DNA from: Vicugna vicugna
Taxonomy: Eukaryota
Length of the DNA stretch: 64,000 bases
Assembly: GCA_013265495.1 (NCBI GenBank)
Contig: MU058824.1
Span: forward strand, 4,741,111-4,805,110
Reading direction: 5' to 3'
Positions 16,087-27,666 of the stretch are shown here, one piece after another (position 1 is the stretch's first letter; every line of letters starts with the position of its first letter). A model generated the notes under the pieces. It saw only the letters and a list, made by a program, of their open reading frames with translations, did not search any database and was not told the DNA's origin. A program made the translations under genes and the position numbers.

Positions 16087-17128
16087 TGTATGCCAAAACT
16101 TGTATGGAGGGACACCAGCTGGTCTCCAAGCTGTCATCGTAGGAGGTAGTCAGCCTAACAATCTAGGTTGCCATTTCTGGAGCCAAATTGTGAGCCATCC
16201 ATGGCAGTCTGATCCAGTGTGCACTCTGGATGGTCAGCTGTGCTGTCAGAACCTTGGTTGGATCCTGAGACATGGAAGGTACATGGTAATATCTAAATTG
16301 GATGAGCCTGGACAAAACTGAATGTGGTAACTAACGACTAAGCTAGTGGTGATGGAAGAGGTCATGGGAAGCACAGAGGACAGAAACACCATGCACACTG
16401 AAGTCTGGAGTCTGTATGTCTAGATCTTTCCCCAAAACCAATTGTAACTTTATTTCATATTCCTGCTTTCCAAATGCTCTGGATGTTTCCATCTTTTTTC
16501 CTTAGATTTGTCAGACTCTCCGTGTACACTTCTTTGTGGCACTTCTACCTGTACACATCTCCCCTCCACCTCTGCTGCTTTCCCTCAGTATTTCAGAGTC
16601 CAGATTGACTTCTAGGTACAGCTCTCTGTTACCGCTCCCTGATTTTCAAAATGCTATTCTCCATGGTGCTGTCTCTTTCTTGAGCTCTCTGTCTCTGTGT
16701 GTGACCATGTCTCTGGTCTGGGTGGGGAACATGGACTCTGACCCTGGATCGTGCCTTTGCAACTGGGAGTCCGCCAAACCCTAAAACAGGTTTGAACTCC
16801 CAGAGTCTTGTTTCCTGAGCCTCCCCAGGTTGGGACAGAGTGTACTCAGTACTAATTGACTAGGACTCCGCCCCACCACCCCACCCCCAGGCCTGGTACA
16901 TGACCTCTCTTTGGTTGTTAAAGGTCAAGTCTTTGGTCATTAGGCTCTATGTCTTCAGACATCGAGGGCCATGTCTCTGTTTATCCCAGTGCTACAGAGG
17001 AGTGAGCTATTTACTGGTGAAGCAGAAGAACAAGCCCCTACCACCCACACGTGGTTTGGAAGCAAAGATAGGTCCCAGCCCTTCTGGGGCCCTAGGGGCC
17101 CACCTGTAGTTCTGCCCACCTTACCATC

Positions 17129-17580
17129 TGTATTACTTTCCTAGGACTGCTGTAGCAAATTACCCACAAACTGGGAGGGAGGGGTCGGTTAAAACTGCAG
17201 AAATTTATTCTCTCACAGTTCTGGAGGCTAGAAGTCTGAGATGAAGGTGTTGGCAGAGCTCCTTCTGAAGGCTCTAAGGCCTCTTCCAGCTTCTGGTGGC
17301 TCCAGGCATTCCTGGGCTTCTGGCTGCATAACTTCAGTCTCTGCTCCCTACTTCACATGGCCTTTTCCTCCTGTCCTTGTGTCACTCTACAGGATGTCTC
17401 TTATAGGAACACTTGTCATTGGATTTAGGGCCCACCAGATAATCCAGGATGAGCTTATCTCAAGATTCTTAATTTAACTACATCTGCAAAGACCCTTTTT
17501 ACAAATGAGGTCACATTCAAAGGTTCCAGGGGTTTGGACATGGACATAGCTTTATGCGGGCCACCACTTAGCCCACTACA
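17129..17580 (-). mobile_element. MLT1-type solo LTR with 5-bp TSD
   Basis: TG...CA termini, MaLR motifs (CACAGTTCTGGAGGCTAGAAGTCTGAGAT), CCATC duplicated at 17124-17128 and 17581-17585. Confidence 0.88.
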
Positions 17581-17689
17581 CCATCAGATATTTTGGAAGT
17601 AAAGTGGATACACAGAAGGAGAAGGAGTGAGCTTGTGTTGGAGACCCTCATGCCTTCTGCCCGTATCCCTCTTCATACCCTTTGCAGGC

Positions 17690-19000
17690 AGTTTCATCCA
17701 TTCTCTGGCTTCTGTAAGTTGATGAAAGCTGCATATCCCCAGGTTGGACCTCTCCACCATGTCAGATCTATAACCACCTGCTTAATGGATATCTCCACTT
17801 GGATGTCCTACAAGTATCTCAAATTCAACAGGCCTCAAGCCGAATTCATCTGTCCCAAAAACCTCTTCCACCCTCCACCAAGTGGTCTAAGCCAGAAACC
17901 TGATGCCATCTTTTCTTTTATCTTTTCCCACCTCTGACATTAAGTCATCAAGCCCTATAGATTCTACCTTTAAAACTTTTCATCCACATTTTTCATCCTA
18001 ACTCACACTTCCATCACCTCTCACTTGGATAACTGCACCTGCCCCCTAATGTGTTTGCTGAGTCCAGCTAGTCAGGGTGATCTCTCTAAAATGCACATAT
18101 CATTTCATTCCCTATTTAAGACCCTTCAATGGCTTCCCATTGCCCTTAGGATAAAGTCCATAGTACTTGACATGGCCTTCAGAAGGCTAACATTGCCCTG
18201 TTCTCCTTGATGGGTTTTCAGCCTATGTGGGTCCAGTCAGAGGGAAGCTCTGTGTCTCAGTATTTGATAGCTGAGGGAATTCACTTTCACTGTGTCCAGA
18301 CATGGATAAGGAAGCACACAGCCACTGGAACTGTGGGCAGCCGTCTTGTAACCGCAAGATGAAGGTTTTACCTTAAGGTGAAGGTGAAACCATGGAAGGG
18401 CAGAAAGCAGTTTTTAGTGACTTGATTAAGCGATCCCTAGGGCCCACTTGCATCTGGACTTCTCAGTCACATGAGCCAATAAATTATCTTGTTCTGCCAC
18501 TTTGAATTGTGACATAGTCTTCCTGATATAAATTCCCTCCATGGTTTTGCCTCTGTCTACCTCTCCAGTTTCCTTTCTCATCACAGTCTGTGCTCAAGTA
18601 TTACTAAACTTCTTCGTTTCTTGAATGCATTGAATGTCCATGTGTGTGTGTTTTATCTCCAAGTCTTATCCATGCTATTTGTCTCTTTCCCACCTCTCCC
18701 CTGCTGCCAGCCCTGTCTTGCCAGGTTTTGTTTTGCTCATCCTTCAGGTATCAATTCACATGTCACTTCCTCTGAGAAACCTCCCTAACTCCTAGACTAG
18801 GGGCAGACCATTCACTCCTGCATGCACAGAAGCCTGTATTTTCTTTATAACGTGTGTCTCACTTCATGGTGACTCCTTACCATGTCTGTCATGCGGGACC
18901 ATAAGCATTCATAAGGACAGGGGTCATATTTCTCTCGTTCACCATTTCATGTCCATGCCCAGCACAGGACCTGGCGCATCAGAGGCATTTAATTTTGACT
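17690..19000. mobile_element. Degenerate L2 LINE with a nested MLT1-like fragment (~18230-18530)
   Basis: L2 motifs CATCTCCACTTGGATGTCC, AAGACCCTTCAATGGCTTCCCATTGC, ATGTCACTTCCTCTGAGAAACCT, CCAGCACAGGACCTGGC. Confidence 0.7.
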
Positions 19001-21009
19001 GTGATTATTGTTCACAGACTCCCTAGGACTTCTCCAGCATCCAGTAAGTTGAAAACAGAGGTTGAAGGTAATTAAAGGATAGAAAGGTGGTTGACTGCCC
19101 TCTGATCGATCCTCTTCCCTGGCCCCTCCTTCCTTTGGCTTTGGGAGAGTTAAGGGTAGAATCAGTTCCAGGCAGAGTACGGTGTGCCTGACATCCTCTA
19201 TGGGAGACTTGGTTCCCTGGGAATCAGTTGTCTCTAAGTGTCCTCAGTATGTCTTGCTCAGCTTTGCCCTCCGCTTCCTTAAAAGTTGAATGATTTCCCC
19301 ACCTGAGCTCACAGCAGGGTTTATTCCCCTCCCCTCTTCCATCCCTGCAGAGCACAGTCAGACACTGGCAGGACACCCAAACACACCCATCACCAACTGC
19401 GCCCCAGGAGTTGTGCTCTGTTCCCATCACCTGGGCTCATGGTGATACCAATTATCATGAGATTATCTGTCTCCTTCTACCCTTGAGCTCTTAGTGTGGA
19501 CTGCCCCACATTCACTTGAGACAGTGTAACTAGTCCTCTACCTATACAGTATCGCCAGTTTCCTTGTGATCTGTCCAAGGTACAGTCTGACCCAAACTCT
19601 CTCTTTTCTCCAGCAAGCCCTTCAAGTTGTTTTTCCGTGATCTAAGCTCAGCATTTCTCCTTCCTTCAGATACTTAGAATGTCAGAGAGCTAAAGGGGAC
19701 TTCAAAACCCCGACAATACCCTGGTTCTTGGCTAGGGGCCCAGATTCCTAGGAGTCCACAGTGGAGGAATGGGGTCTAAAGTTTCTAACATTTTGGGTAT
19801 TAATAGCATTTTTTTCTAATTACAAAGTAATTCATGCATAATCAAGCAGAAAACTTCGGAAAGGCAGAGAAGTATAAGGGAATTTTTAAAATTACCCTGT
19901 TTATCCCATTCACCCCTTTAACCTCAATGATCCAGTGCCTGGCACAGATTTGGTACTTAGTAAGTATTTGCTGAATGAATTATCTTTGATGTCATCACCC
20001 AGAGATTAAAAACCACAATTACCTTTTGGTTGTTTATACTTCCAGTCATATGTATGTTATATCTAAATAAGATTATATTATACAAACAGCTTTATAGCCT
20101 GCTTTTTTCTTTTCAGCAATATACTATGCATTTTTCCATTTTGATAGTTTTTTAACATTATCTTTACTGCCTTCATATTATTCCTTGAAATGGCTGTACC
20201 ATAATTTTCCTAGCCAGTTCTCTACCTCTGGACATTTACGTGAATTCCAGTTTTCTGTTGTTACAAACATTTTTGCCACCCTAATTCTAGTAGATATATT
20301 TTTGTCCACATAGTAGTTTTTTTAGGATGCATTCCTAGAAGTAGAACTGCTAGGCCATAAGAGTAGGCACTTCACATACTGACAAAATAGCACTGCTAAT
20401 TTGCCCTCCAGGGCTACTGCCAGTTTCCCAAGAGACCTACGATAATACAGACTAATTAACTCCAAGCTTTTGCCTTTGGCCAGAATTACAGCAATTCCGA
20501 ACCACCATGTTAGTTGCCACCACGTTAGTTGTTGATACTTGCTGACGGGAAGCTAACTGGCTCTCAGGTTTGGGATCAGTATGAAAGAAGGAAACAAGTT
20601 AGTCATTTAAAACCTGTAAACTTTTGTCCGGGGCCAAAATACTTAAAACCTGGTGACGCATGAGGGTTTCTAATAGTGAAAGGATTGGGGATGACTGGAC
20701 CCTAGCGTATGGCATGGGCTCAGGACAGAATATGTACCGAAACTACTGCCCCTTTCTCAATTCTACAGATGAGACACTGCAGCCCTGTCAGTGTCTGCAC
20801 CCCCAAGTCTCCTGACTCAAAGTCCAGGCTGCTGCCCCAACTTTGTGCCACTCAGAGGAGGGCCACCCACCAGCCCCACCCCGCCCTGCCTGGGCAGGCG
20901 CCGTCCGCCTACAGAGCCCTGACGGTGGGGAGAGGCCCTACGGAAAAGACCTCAAACATACCCGTCCTGAGCGCAGCCTCCAGACGCCAGGGGGCGCGCT
21001 CTCCTCCCA

Positions 21010-21071
21010 GGCCGCGGCCCCGCCCCCGGAGCCGTTGGGGTTTGAATCTCCAGCGGGCTGAGGCCGGAAGT
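21010..21071 (+). promoter_or_regulatory. ARHGEF39 CpG promoter: GC box, CHR element, ETS site
   Basis: CCCCGCCCC ~21018-21026, TTTGAA 21041-21046, CCGGAAGT 21064-21071, all within 80 nt of the ATG. Confidence 0.6.
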
Positions 21072-21089
21072 GTTGACCCTCAAGCCGGC

Positions 21090-24000
21090 ATGGAGAGCCT
21101 AGGTCCCGGTGCCCGGTGCCCGGTGCAAGAGCAGCGTGCTCGTTGGGAGCGGAAACGCGCCTGCACCGCCTGGGAGCTGCTGGAGACTGAGAGGCGCTAC
21201 CATGAACAGCTGGGGCTGGTGGCCACGGTGCGGACCCCGCACGCCCTCCCGTATGGGGCGGGGACCCCAGGGAGTGATGGGCCCTGGCCTGTGCGCCTGC
21301 ACGTAGGGAGCTCAGGCAGACTTCTAGTTTCCGGGAGCGCCTTGGCATTAGCCTCCTCTGCCTGCGGACTACAAACCGGTATTCTCTTCTCTCGCAGTAC
21401 TTCGTGGGGATTCTGAGAGCCAAGGGCACCGTGCGACCACCAGAGCGCCAGGCCCTATTTGGGCCCTGGGAACTCATTTACGGCGCTAGTCAGTGAGTAG
21501 ACGCGGCATAGGGTGGGAGAAGGAGGGAGAGCCCTGGCCTCTGGCAGTGCACGGAGCTCAGAGAGACCCAGGTTCACAGTGAGAGTCTGCCAGTTTCCTC
21601 ACCTGTGGTCTTGGCCGAGTCCCTTAATCCGCCCCAGCTCTCCAACTGTAAAAGGGATAATAGGCACTACCTCCATAGCAGGGTTATGAGAATTAAAAGA
21701 GATGGTGCTTGAATAGTTTGGGGGCTGTTCTTTTATTGTCTTAACTCATGCAGACAGCTGCTTCCCTACCTCGAAGGAGGGCGCTGGGGACAGGGTCTGG
21801 AGGGCTTCTGCCCCCACCTGAAGCTCTATACCCAATATGCTGCCAACGCTGAGAGGTCTCGGACCACCCTGCAGGTAACATGAAGATAACCTCAGGTCCT
21901 TCCCCTCTAACTCCACACATTCCCTCTTCATCTGGAGACCCAAACTTCATTCATACTCTTCCTGCACTTACGGAGTCCTGTGGGTGCCCAGCTCTGTGCT
22001 AAGATCCCTGTAGGGAGACGGGGTTCTCTCAGGAGCACAGCTTCCTGATGGCTGGGGATATGTACCCAGGATACAATACAAGGAGTGGCTTCTCTCCCTG
22101 CTACCAACTCTTTCCTTATCACTCCAGGAGCAACTAAAGAACAAACGGTTCCGGAAGTTTGTGCAACTTCAGGAAGGCCGCCCTGAGTTTGGGGGCCTTC
22201 AACTCCAAGACCTCCTCCCTCTGCCTCTGCAGAGGCTCCAGCAGTGAGTGAACTCACCCTGACTTAGCCAACTTCTCTGTTTGACTGCTGCTCTCAGCTT
22301 TGTGGGATTCCATGAGATCTGTCCCACAGTGTCTCTCCTGAGACAAGTTGCTCCTAAAATTTTTTTGCAAGACTAAGTGTGACCCCTCTGGAGTATCTGG
22401 GCTCTGCAGCCTCAGGCCCTTAGCTGGAACTGTAGAACTTACATTGAAGTGAGGGGCCTGTAATACAGCTAGCAACAGGAGATGCTAGGCTTGCCTAGCT
22501 TAGAATTTCTGTCTCTGGGGATGAGTTAAGAACTTATAGTCAGGTTGCCAACAACACCCTCCTTGGGTTGATTAACTTTCATCTTGGGCTCTAGCCTCCA
22601 TGAACTATTATCAGTCTGCCCCTGACTCTTCAATCTGGGATGGAGGAGGGCCATGTGATGTGAACTCAGGTTCTGAGTCCCAGATGAAAGGGGGTGGGGG
22701 AAGGGAATAGCCACAAGCAGATCTTTCCTTGCAACTGAAATATGTGTAGGGGGTGATCTGTGTGTCAGGCAGAAGGAATTCTGCCAGCTCTCCTTCCACT
22801 CGTAGACTCCCCAACTGTCTAATTCCAGGTATGAGAATCTTGCTGTTGCTTTGGCTGAAAACACAGGTCCTAACAGCCCTGACCACGAACAGCTCACAAG
22901 TATGTTCCTCTGCAGCAGTCCTTGGGGACTGCCTCTGCTGTATCCCTTTCTGGTTCTGACCTCCAACAATGTCTGATATGCCCCTATCTTCCAATAACAT
23001 ATATACAATGTCCCTATTGCCCCACCTACTCTTGAAGAAGTTAGACTCTGACCCTAGCTCTCTTCGGAATAGCCTGTCTTTCACCACCACCATTCACTCA
23101 AAGTTGTGCTGGGAGTGGGGCACGGGATGTTATTCCAGGGGCTGCCCGGCTGATAAGTGAGACTGCTCAGAGAGTCCACACCATTAGTCAGAAACAGAAG
23201 AATGACCAGCACCTCCAGCGTGTCCAGGCTCTGCTCAGTGGACGGCAGGCAAAGAGGCTTATCTCAGGTGGTCTGCATGCTACCCCCTCAATCTTCAAAC
23301 TGCCCTTTTCTCACCTCTTTTCCACTATATTGCCAGCACACACCCTCTATTTCCTCAGCTTCCCTTTCATTCTCTTCCATGGATCACAGTCCTAGAGCTG
23401 CACCAAAATAACAGCTCTCCCGTCCCCCAGGTCGCTGGTTCCTACGCCAGGGCTGGCTGTTGGTGGTGCCTCCCCGGGGGGAGCCTCGGCCTCGAATGTT
23501 CTTCCTCTTCTCTGATGCACTCCTCATGGCCAAGCCTCGACCCCCATTGCACCTGCTGCAGAGTGGCACCTTTGCCTGCCAGGCTCTCTACCCTATGGCC
23601 GAGTGTCAACTCCACAGGGTCTTTGGCCACTCAGGAGGCCCTTGTGGTGGACTGCTCAGTGTAAGTAACAGGCGACAGCCCTAGGTAAGGTAGGAGAGGC
23701 CCAAAATATACCTCAGGTGTCTGTGCACTGTTCATCTCCTTGGTCTGGGCCCCACTCATAGGAACTGAGCCACCTACATTGAGAGGATACTGGCCCTGGG
23801 GGGTTTTAAGTTCTCACCTTAGCCCTAAATTACTTCCATGGAAACAGCAAGGCCTTCAGCTTATGCCTGGACCTTTCTGAGCCAATGTGCTAAGAAGCGG
23901 TCTCTCCCTAGCTGTCCTTTCCACATGAGAAGCTACTGCTTATGTCCACAGACCAGGAGGAGCTGTTGGGCTGGTACCACAGTCTGACTCTGGCCATCAG

Positions 24001-24185
24001 GTAAGCTGTCTACCCTTGGGAAGAGTGCTGTAATGAGGCCCACAAGCAGTTCCCAGCCTATCTCATGTCTTACATCTGACTGGGTCCCCCTCGCTCCCAT
24101 GCTACCCTGCGGGTGATTTTGTCAGAACAGAGTGCTCATACCACTGCCTAAACTATCATCTCTCCACAGCAACCAGAAGAACTAG
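21090..24185 (+). CDS. ARHGEF39: Rho guanine nucleotide exchange factor 39 (DH-PH), 9 exons, 334 aa
   Basis: Exons 21090-21227, 21398-21492, 21754-21874, 22128-22243, 22829-22899, 23139-23267, 23431-23660, 23912-24000, 24170-24185 (1005 nt). DH motifs ELLETERRY and LLPLPLQRLQQY; PH motif RMFFLFSDALLMAK. Confidence 0.96.
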
Positions 24186-24825
24186 AGGAATCTGACAAAT
24201 TCCAGAGTCCAGGATGCCTCAGGGATTAGGTCAGCGTCTGGAATACAAAGAATCTTCTCCAGTACTAACACAGACTCTTCATGGTCATTTTGTGTCTGCC
24301 TGGGACCAAGACAGCCAGGTCACTTGATCAGCTCTTAAGAATCAGGACACCAAGTCTGACCCAACTGAACCTCTGCTGAACCAGTCCCTCCAACTCAGAG
24401 GAGGGGATTTGGGACTGAGACCCTCGGTGCTGTGTCTGTGGACAGCCATTTATCACGGTTGCAGCTGTGCAACTGTGGCTATTTTTATGTTGTATGTAGT
24501 TTCTATAATTTATTTTCCCACTGGATTTTAGTAAAGTCTTTTCCTTTTGGAGAAGTCTTTCTCAGCTATGCCATAAGAGGAAAGGGATTTTTGTGCCCTG
24601 AAGGCTGGCACGATGGTGGCCTCAGGAATACAAAGAAAAGGACTGGAGCTCCCTCTATCTTCTCGGCTCCAGCACTGGAAGGCGGCCTCTTTTTGTCCTA
24701 ATAAGGGAAGATTTTCAAGAAGGCCCAGTTGTTCTTAGGCACCTAGTATGGGTGTGGGGGTAGGGGTGGGTGTGTGTGTGTGTGTCCGTCCAGCTGGAAT
24801 GGAAAAAGCACACAGGAGCATCCAG

Positions 24826-27313
24826 TCACAAGAACAGACTTTGTTTTACTAAACCGTCAGCTGCTGTCCCTCCTTCCAAGTGGGGGCTGTGCCTGGGGCC
24901 CTTGGCTGCAGCCTTCCTGCATCTTCTCCTTAGCCCCTGCTCCACTTCCTTAGGAGTAGCTAGGTTCCTTGTCCCTGCGCTCCAGTTTAGGGGCTCCTCC
25001 CAGGCCTGACTGTCACCATCCTCTTCCTCATCCTCCTCTATACATAAATCCTCAGGAAAGGGTGTGCTGGCCTCTGTGAGGGGGAAGATCAGGCACGTTC
25101 CAGTGTCAGAGGCTTTGTCTTTAACTCCACCAGACTCTCACCTCCCAACCTTTTACCTGGTTCTGGAACCTCCACACCCTTGTTTGGCTTGCTCTCTTGT
25201 AGCAGCTGGTGGATGGTCTGTAGCTTTACTTGCAGAAGCTCCTGCTGGGCTCCCGCCAAGGTCGTCACACTGCAGATATGTCCACACAGCTGCCCAACTG
25301 ATGCCCCCACCACTCCCACCCACCACAAGTTCCCCTGGCCACAGGATCATTCCTCCTTACCGCTCAAAAAGGGGGTCCAGCTGGGCCATCAGACTATTCA
25401 GGTGTTGCTCTGTCTGGGCCAGCTGTTGCGTCAGCTGGGCCAGCTGTTGCTCTAGGGGTAAGGGAGAAAAGAAGAGCAACGGTTATTTACCTTCTGCTGT
25501 CCCCTCATCCCCCACCAAGCACACACTTCTGCAAAACCCACCTGATTGCAGTGATTCCTTCCTGCATGCCTCCTCTTGGAGAACAGCAGCCTCATCTTTC
25601 CCCTGCTGTGGAACAAGGAAAGGACAATACTGCAGCAACCAGGTTCACTATAGCCTCAGTCTCCAAAGGCAGTATGAGGAGAATTTCACGTAGAGAGCAT
25701 TTAGTGGGTTTTTCCCTCAGAGAATAATAATCACATCCAGTCCAGCTCCTCACCCAACACAGGAAGCAACATGCCCATAACCCCCACATGTGGACAGTCT
25801 AGGGAAACACCTCTGGGAAGGAGCAGCTCTCTCCAGTTTTATAAAGCTCTGGCTGTTACTTTATATACAAAGTCAAAAACAGTCCTTCATGTATCTTTTC
25901 ATGGTGCTGATCAGAGCCTTCCAAAATCATGTTTTCACCATGATAGCCCTAACAGCCCCTCATGAATTTGAAGGCAATGGTCATACCTCCTGCCCCTTTC
26001 CTTATGTCTTGTCTGGTTTAATAGTGCCAATCTTCTTCAGTCAGTGCTCATTCGACCTTTTCTCTGGTTGCTTTACTGAGCATGTACTGTACTCTTAAAA
26101 CAGTGTCCTCAAGAGAAAAAAATTCTTGAGGAGTGTTTCGATTAGAAAATAAGGCACAGTATCTTATTCCTAGCATTGGTTTGGGAAGTAGGTTGTCACA
26201 CCACACAGCCGAACTTCTATCAGTTCAACTAATAACTGCTACTAAATTGTGTTCCTTTCAGACTATACATTTGAGCCCAAGAATTCAAAAGAATAGAATC
26301 TACCCTTGTTAAATTTCATCATTAAATTCAGTCTCTCATCGTAGCCTTTCAAGTCTATTAGGGATCATGATTAGCTATCCCTCCTAGTTTCACATCATCT
26401 CCAAACTGGTTCAGCCTTCTGTTTCCCAGTGTAAGTAAGTGATAGGGCCAGGGCTGAAGAGAGCCCTGGGAAGTACTACTTTCCATTTCAACAGTTTCAA
26501 TCCACTAAAATGTACTGTCAGTTCACATTTCAGGGCCTCTATCCCAAGGAGAACATGAGACTGCTTGGTACCTCGAACTCTAAAAACACTTAGGCTACAG
26601 TTATCAGCTGCTCGTGCCAAGGCTGGAATCTCACCAGGAATCGCACTTAATTGTAGTATGAACATTTGCTGGGTTCAAATCCCAATTCTACCAGTTACTA
26701 GCTTTGGGTGACCTTGAGCAAGTACTAAATCTCTTCTCTGGATTGTTGGGAGTATTAAAAGTGATGGTCATTATTTACCTACAATTTACCAATTGCCTTT
26801 CACGTCCATTACCTTGCTGAATGTTCAGAATAACCCCGTAATGTTGGAAAACGAGGGAATCGTCTTCATTTCAGACTGACGGGAAAATGTCTCGTTCTTG
26901 GTACCACAGCGCCCCCATGGGAGATTCAGGCCCGGGGCATCCCCACCCCTGGTCGTCCCGCACCTGCAAACACTTGAACAGCACAAAAGCCACGACGGCC
27001 GCGGTGTACAGCGCCCCCAAGGGCAGAGCCCCGGCCTGAGCCCTCTCGCGCTGGTCCCTGGGCGGCGGCAACCGCCGCCGGGGTTCCGTGGCCCCAAGGC
27101 TGACCTGGGCGGCGTCCCCTGAGGAGAAGGGCAGAGGGAGATCAGTAAAGCTGGCGCCTGGGACCCGGGGGCAGTCCCAGCCTCCCTCCAGCAGCCCTCG
27201 CTGGTACCTGGGTGTGCCCAGTGCTCAGGGCTGGGGCGGTCTCCGAGGACCTCGGGCAGCGCAGACACAAGTAACAGCCCCAGCACACCCACGAGCACCA
27301 CCACCCTCGCCAT
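24826..27313 (-). CDS. CCDC107: Coiled-coil domain-containing protein 107, 6 exons, ~257 aa
   Basis: Exons 27208-27313, 26964-27118, 25542-25602 (or -25605 via NAGNAG), 25361-25451, 25157-25269, 24826-25073. Signal peptide, TM helix LPLGALYTAAVVAFVLFKCL, coiled coil EQQLAQLTQQLAQTEQHL, C-terminus KQSLFL*. Confidence 0.93.
25700..26640. mobile_element. Old CR1/L3-like LINE fragments in CCDC107 intron 2 (MIR piece at ~26665-26770)
   Basis: Degenerate motifs such as CCTTGTTAAATTTCATC, TTAGCTATCCCTCCTAGTTT and GATAGGGCCAGGGCTGAAGAGAGCCCTG; recognised by eye only. Confidence 0.5.
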
Positions 27314-27435
27314 TGCAGGCCGAAACCGGCACAACCCAGATAGCACCGCCTTTCGCCGGACGCACCCATGCGCGCACGCGCGCGCCCCCGCCCACCCCCT
27401 CCGGTCTCCAGAAAGGCCACGCCCGCCTGGTGTGT

Positions 27436-27639
27436 GGGCGGGGCTAGGTTTGCATAGGCCTCTGGGCCCTCTTTAGTTCATTTAAGAGTTGTTCACTTCT
27501 TAGCTCTATTTAGGTATTGTTCAGCCCGAATATCTCCAGAACCCTACCAGGAAGATATACTGGATAGTTGTTTTTATTTCCCATGCCACCAAAATCCTCA
27601 CCCTAACCAAAAATTTAATTTCCTCTTAGTGCTATAAAA
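27436..27639 (+). promoter_or_regulatory. RMRP type-3 Pol III promoter (Sp1 + octamer-like DSE, SPH/ZNF143-like, PSE, TATA)
   Basis: GGGCGGGG 27436-27443, GTTTGCAT 27448-27455, TTCCCATGCCACC ~27578-27590, TCACCCTAAC 27598-27607, TATAAAA 27633-27639. Confidence 0.88.
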
Positions 27640-27666
27640 GGTTAGACCGCGGAACTCTTTCACGGA

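Noticed and set aside
22128..22150. Apparent one-codon deletion in ARHGEF39 exon 4 (EQLKNK versus recalled EQLKKNK)
   Set aside because: In-frame and minor; no sign of pseudogenisation
25064..25693. 209-aa plus-strand ORF
   Set aside because: Antisense to CCDC107 exons 3-5; no independent support
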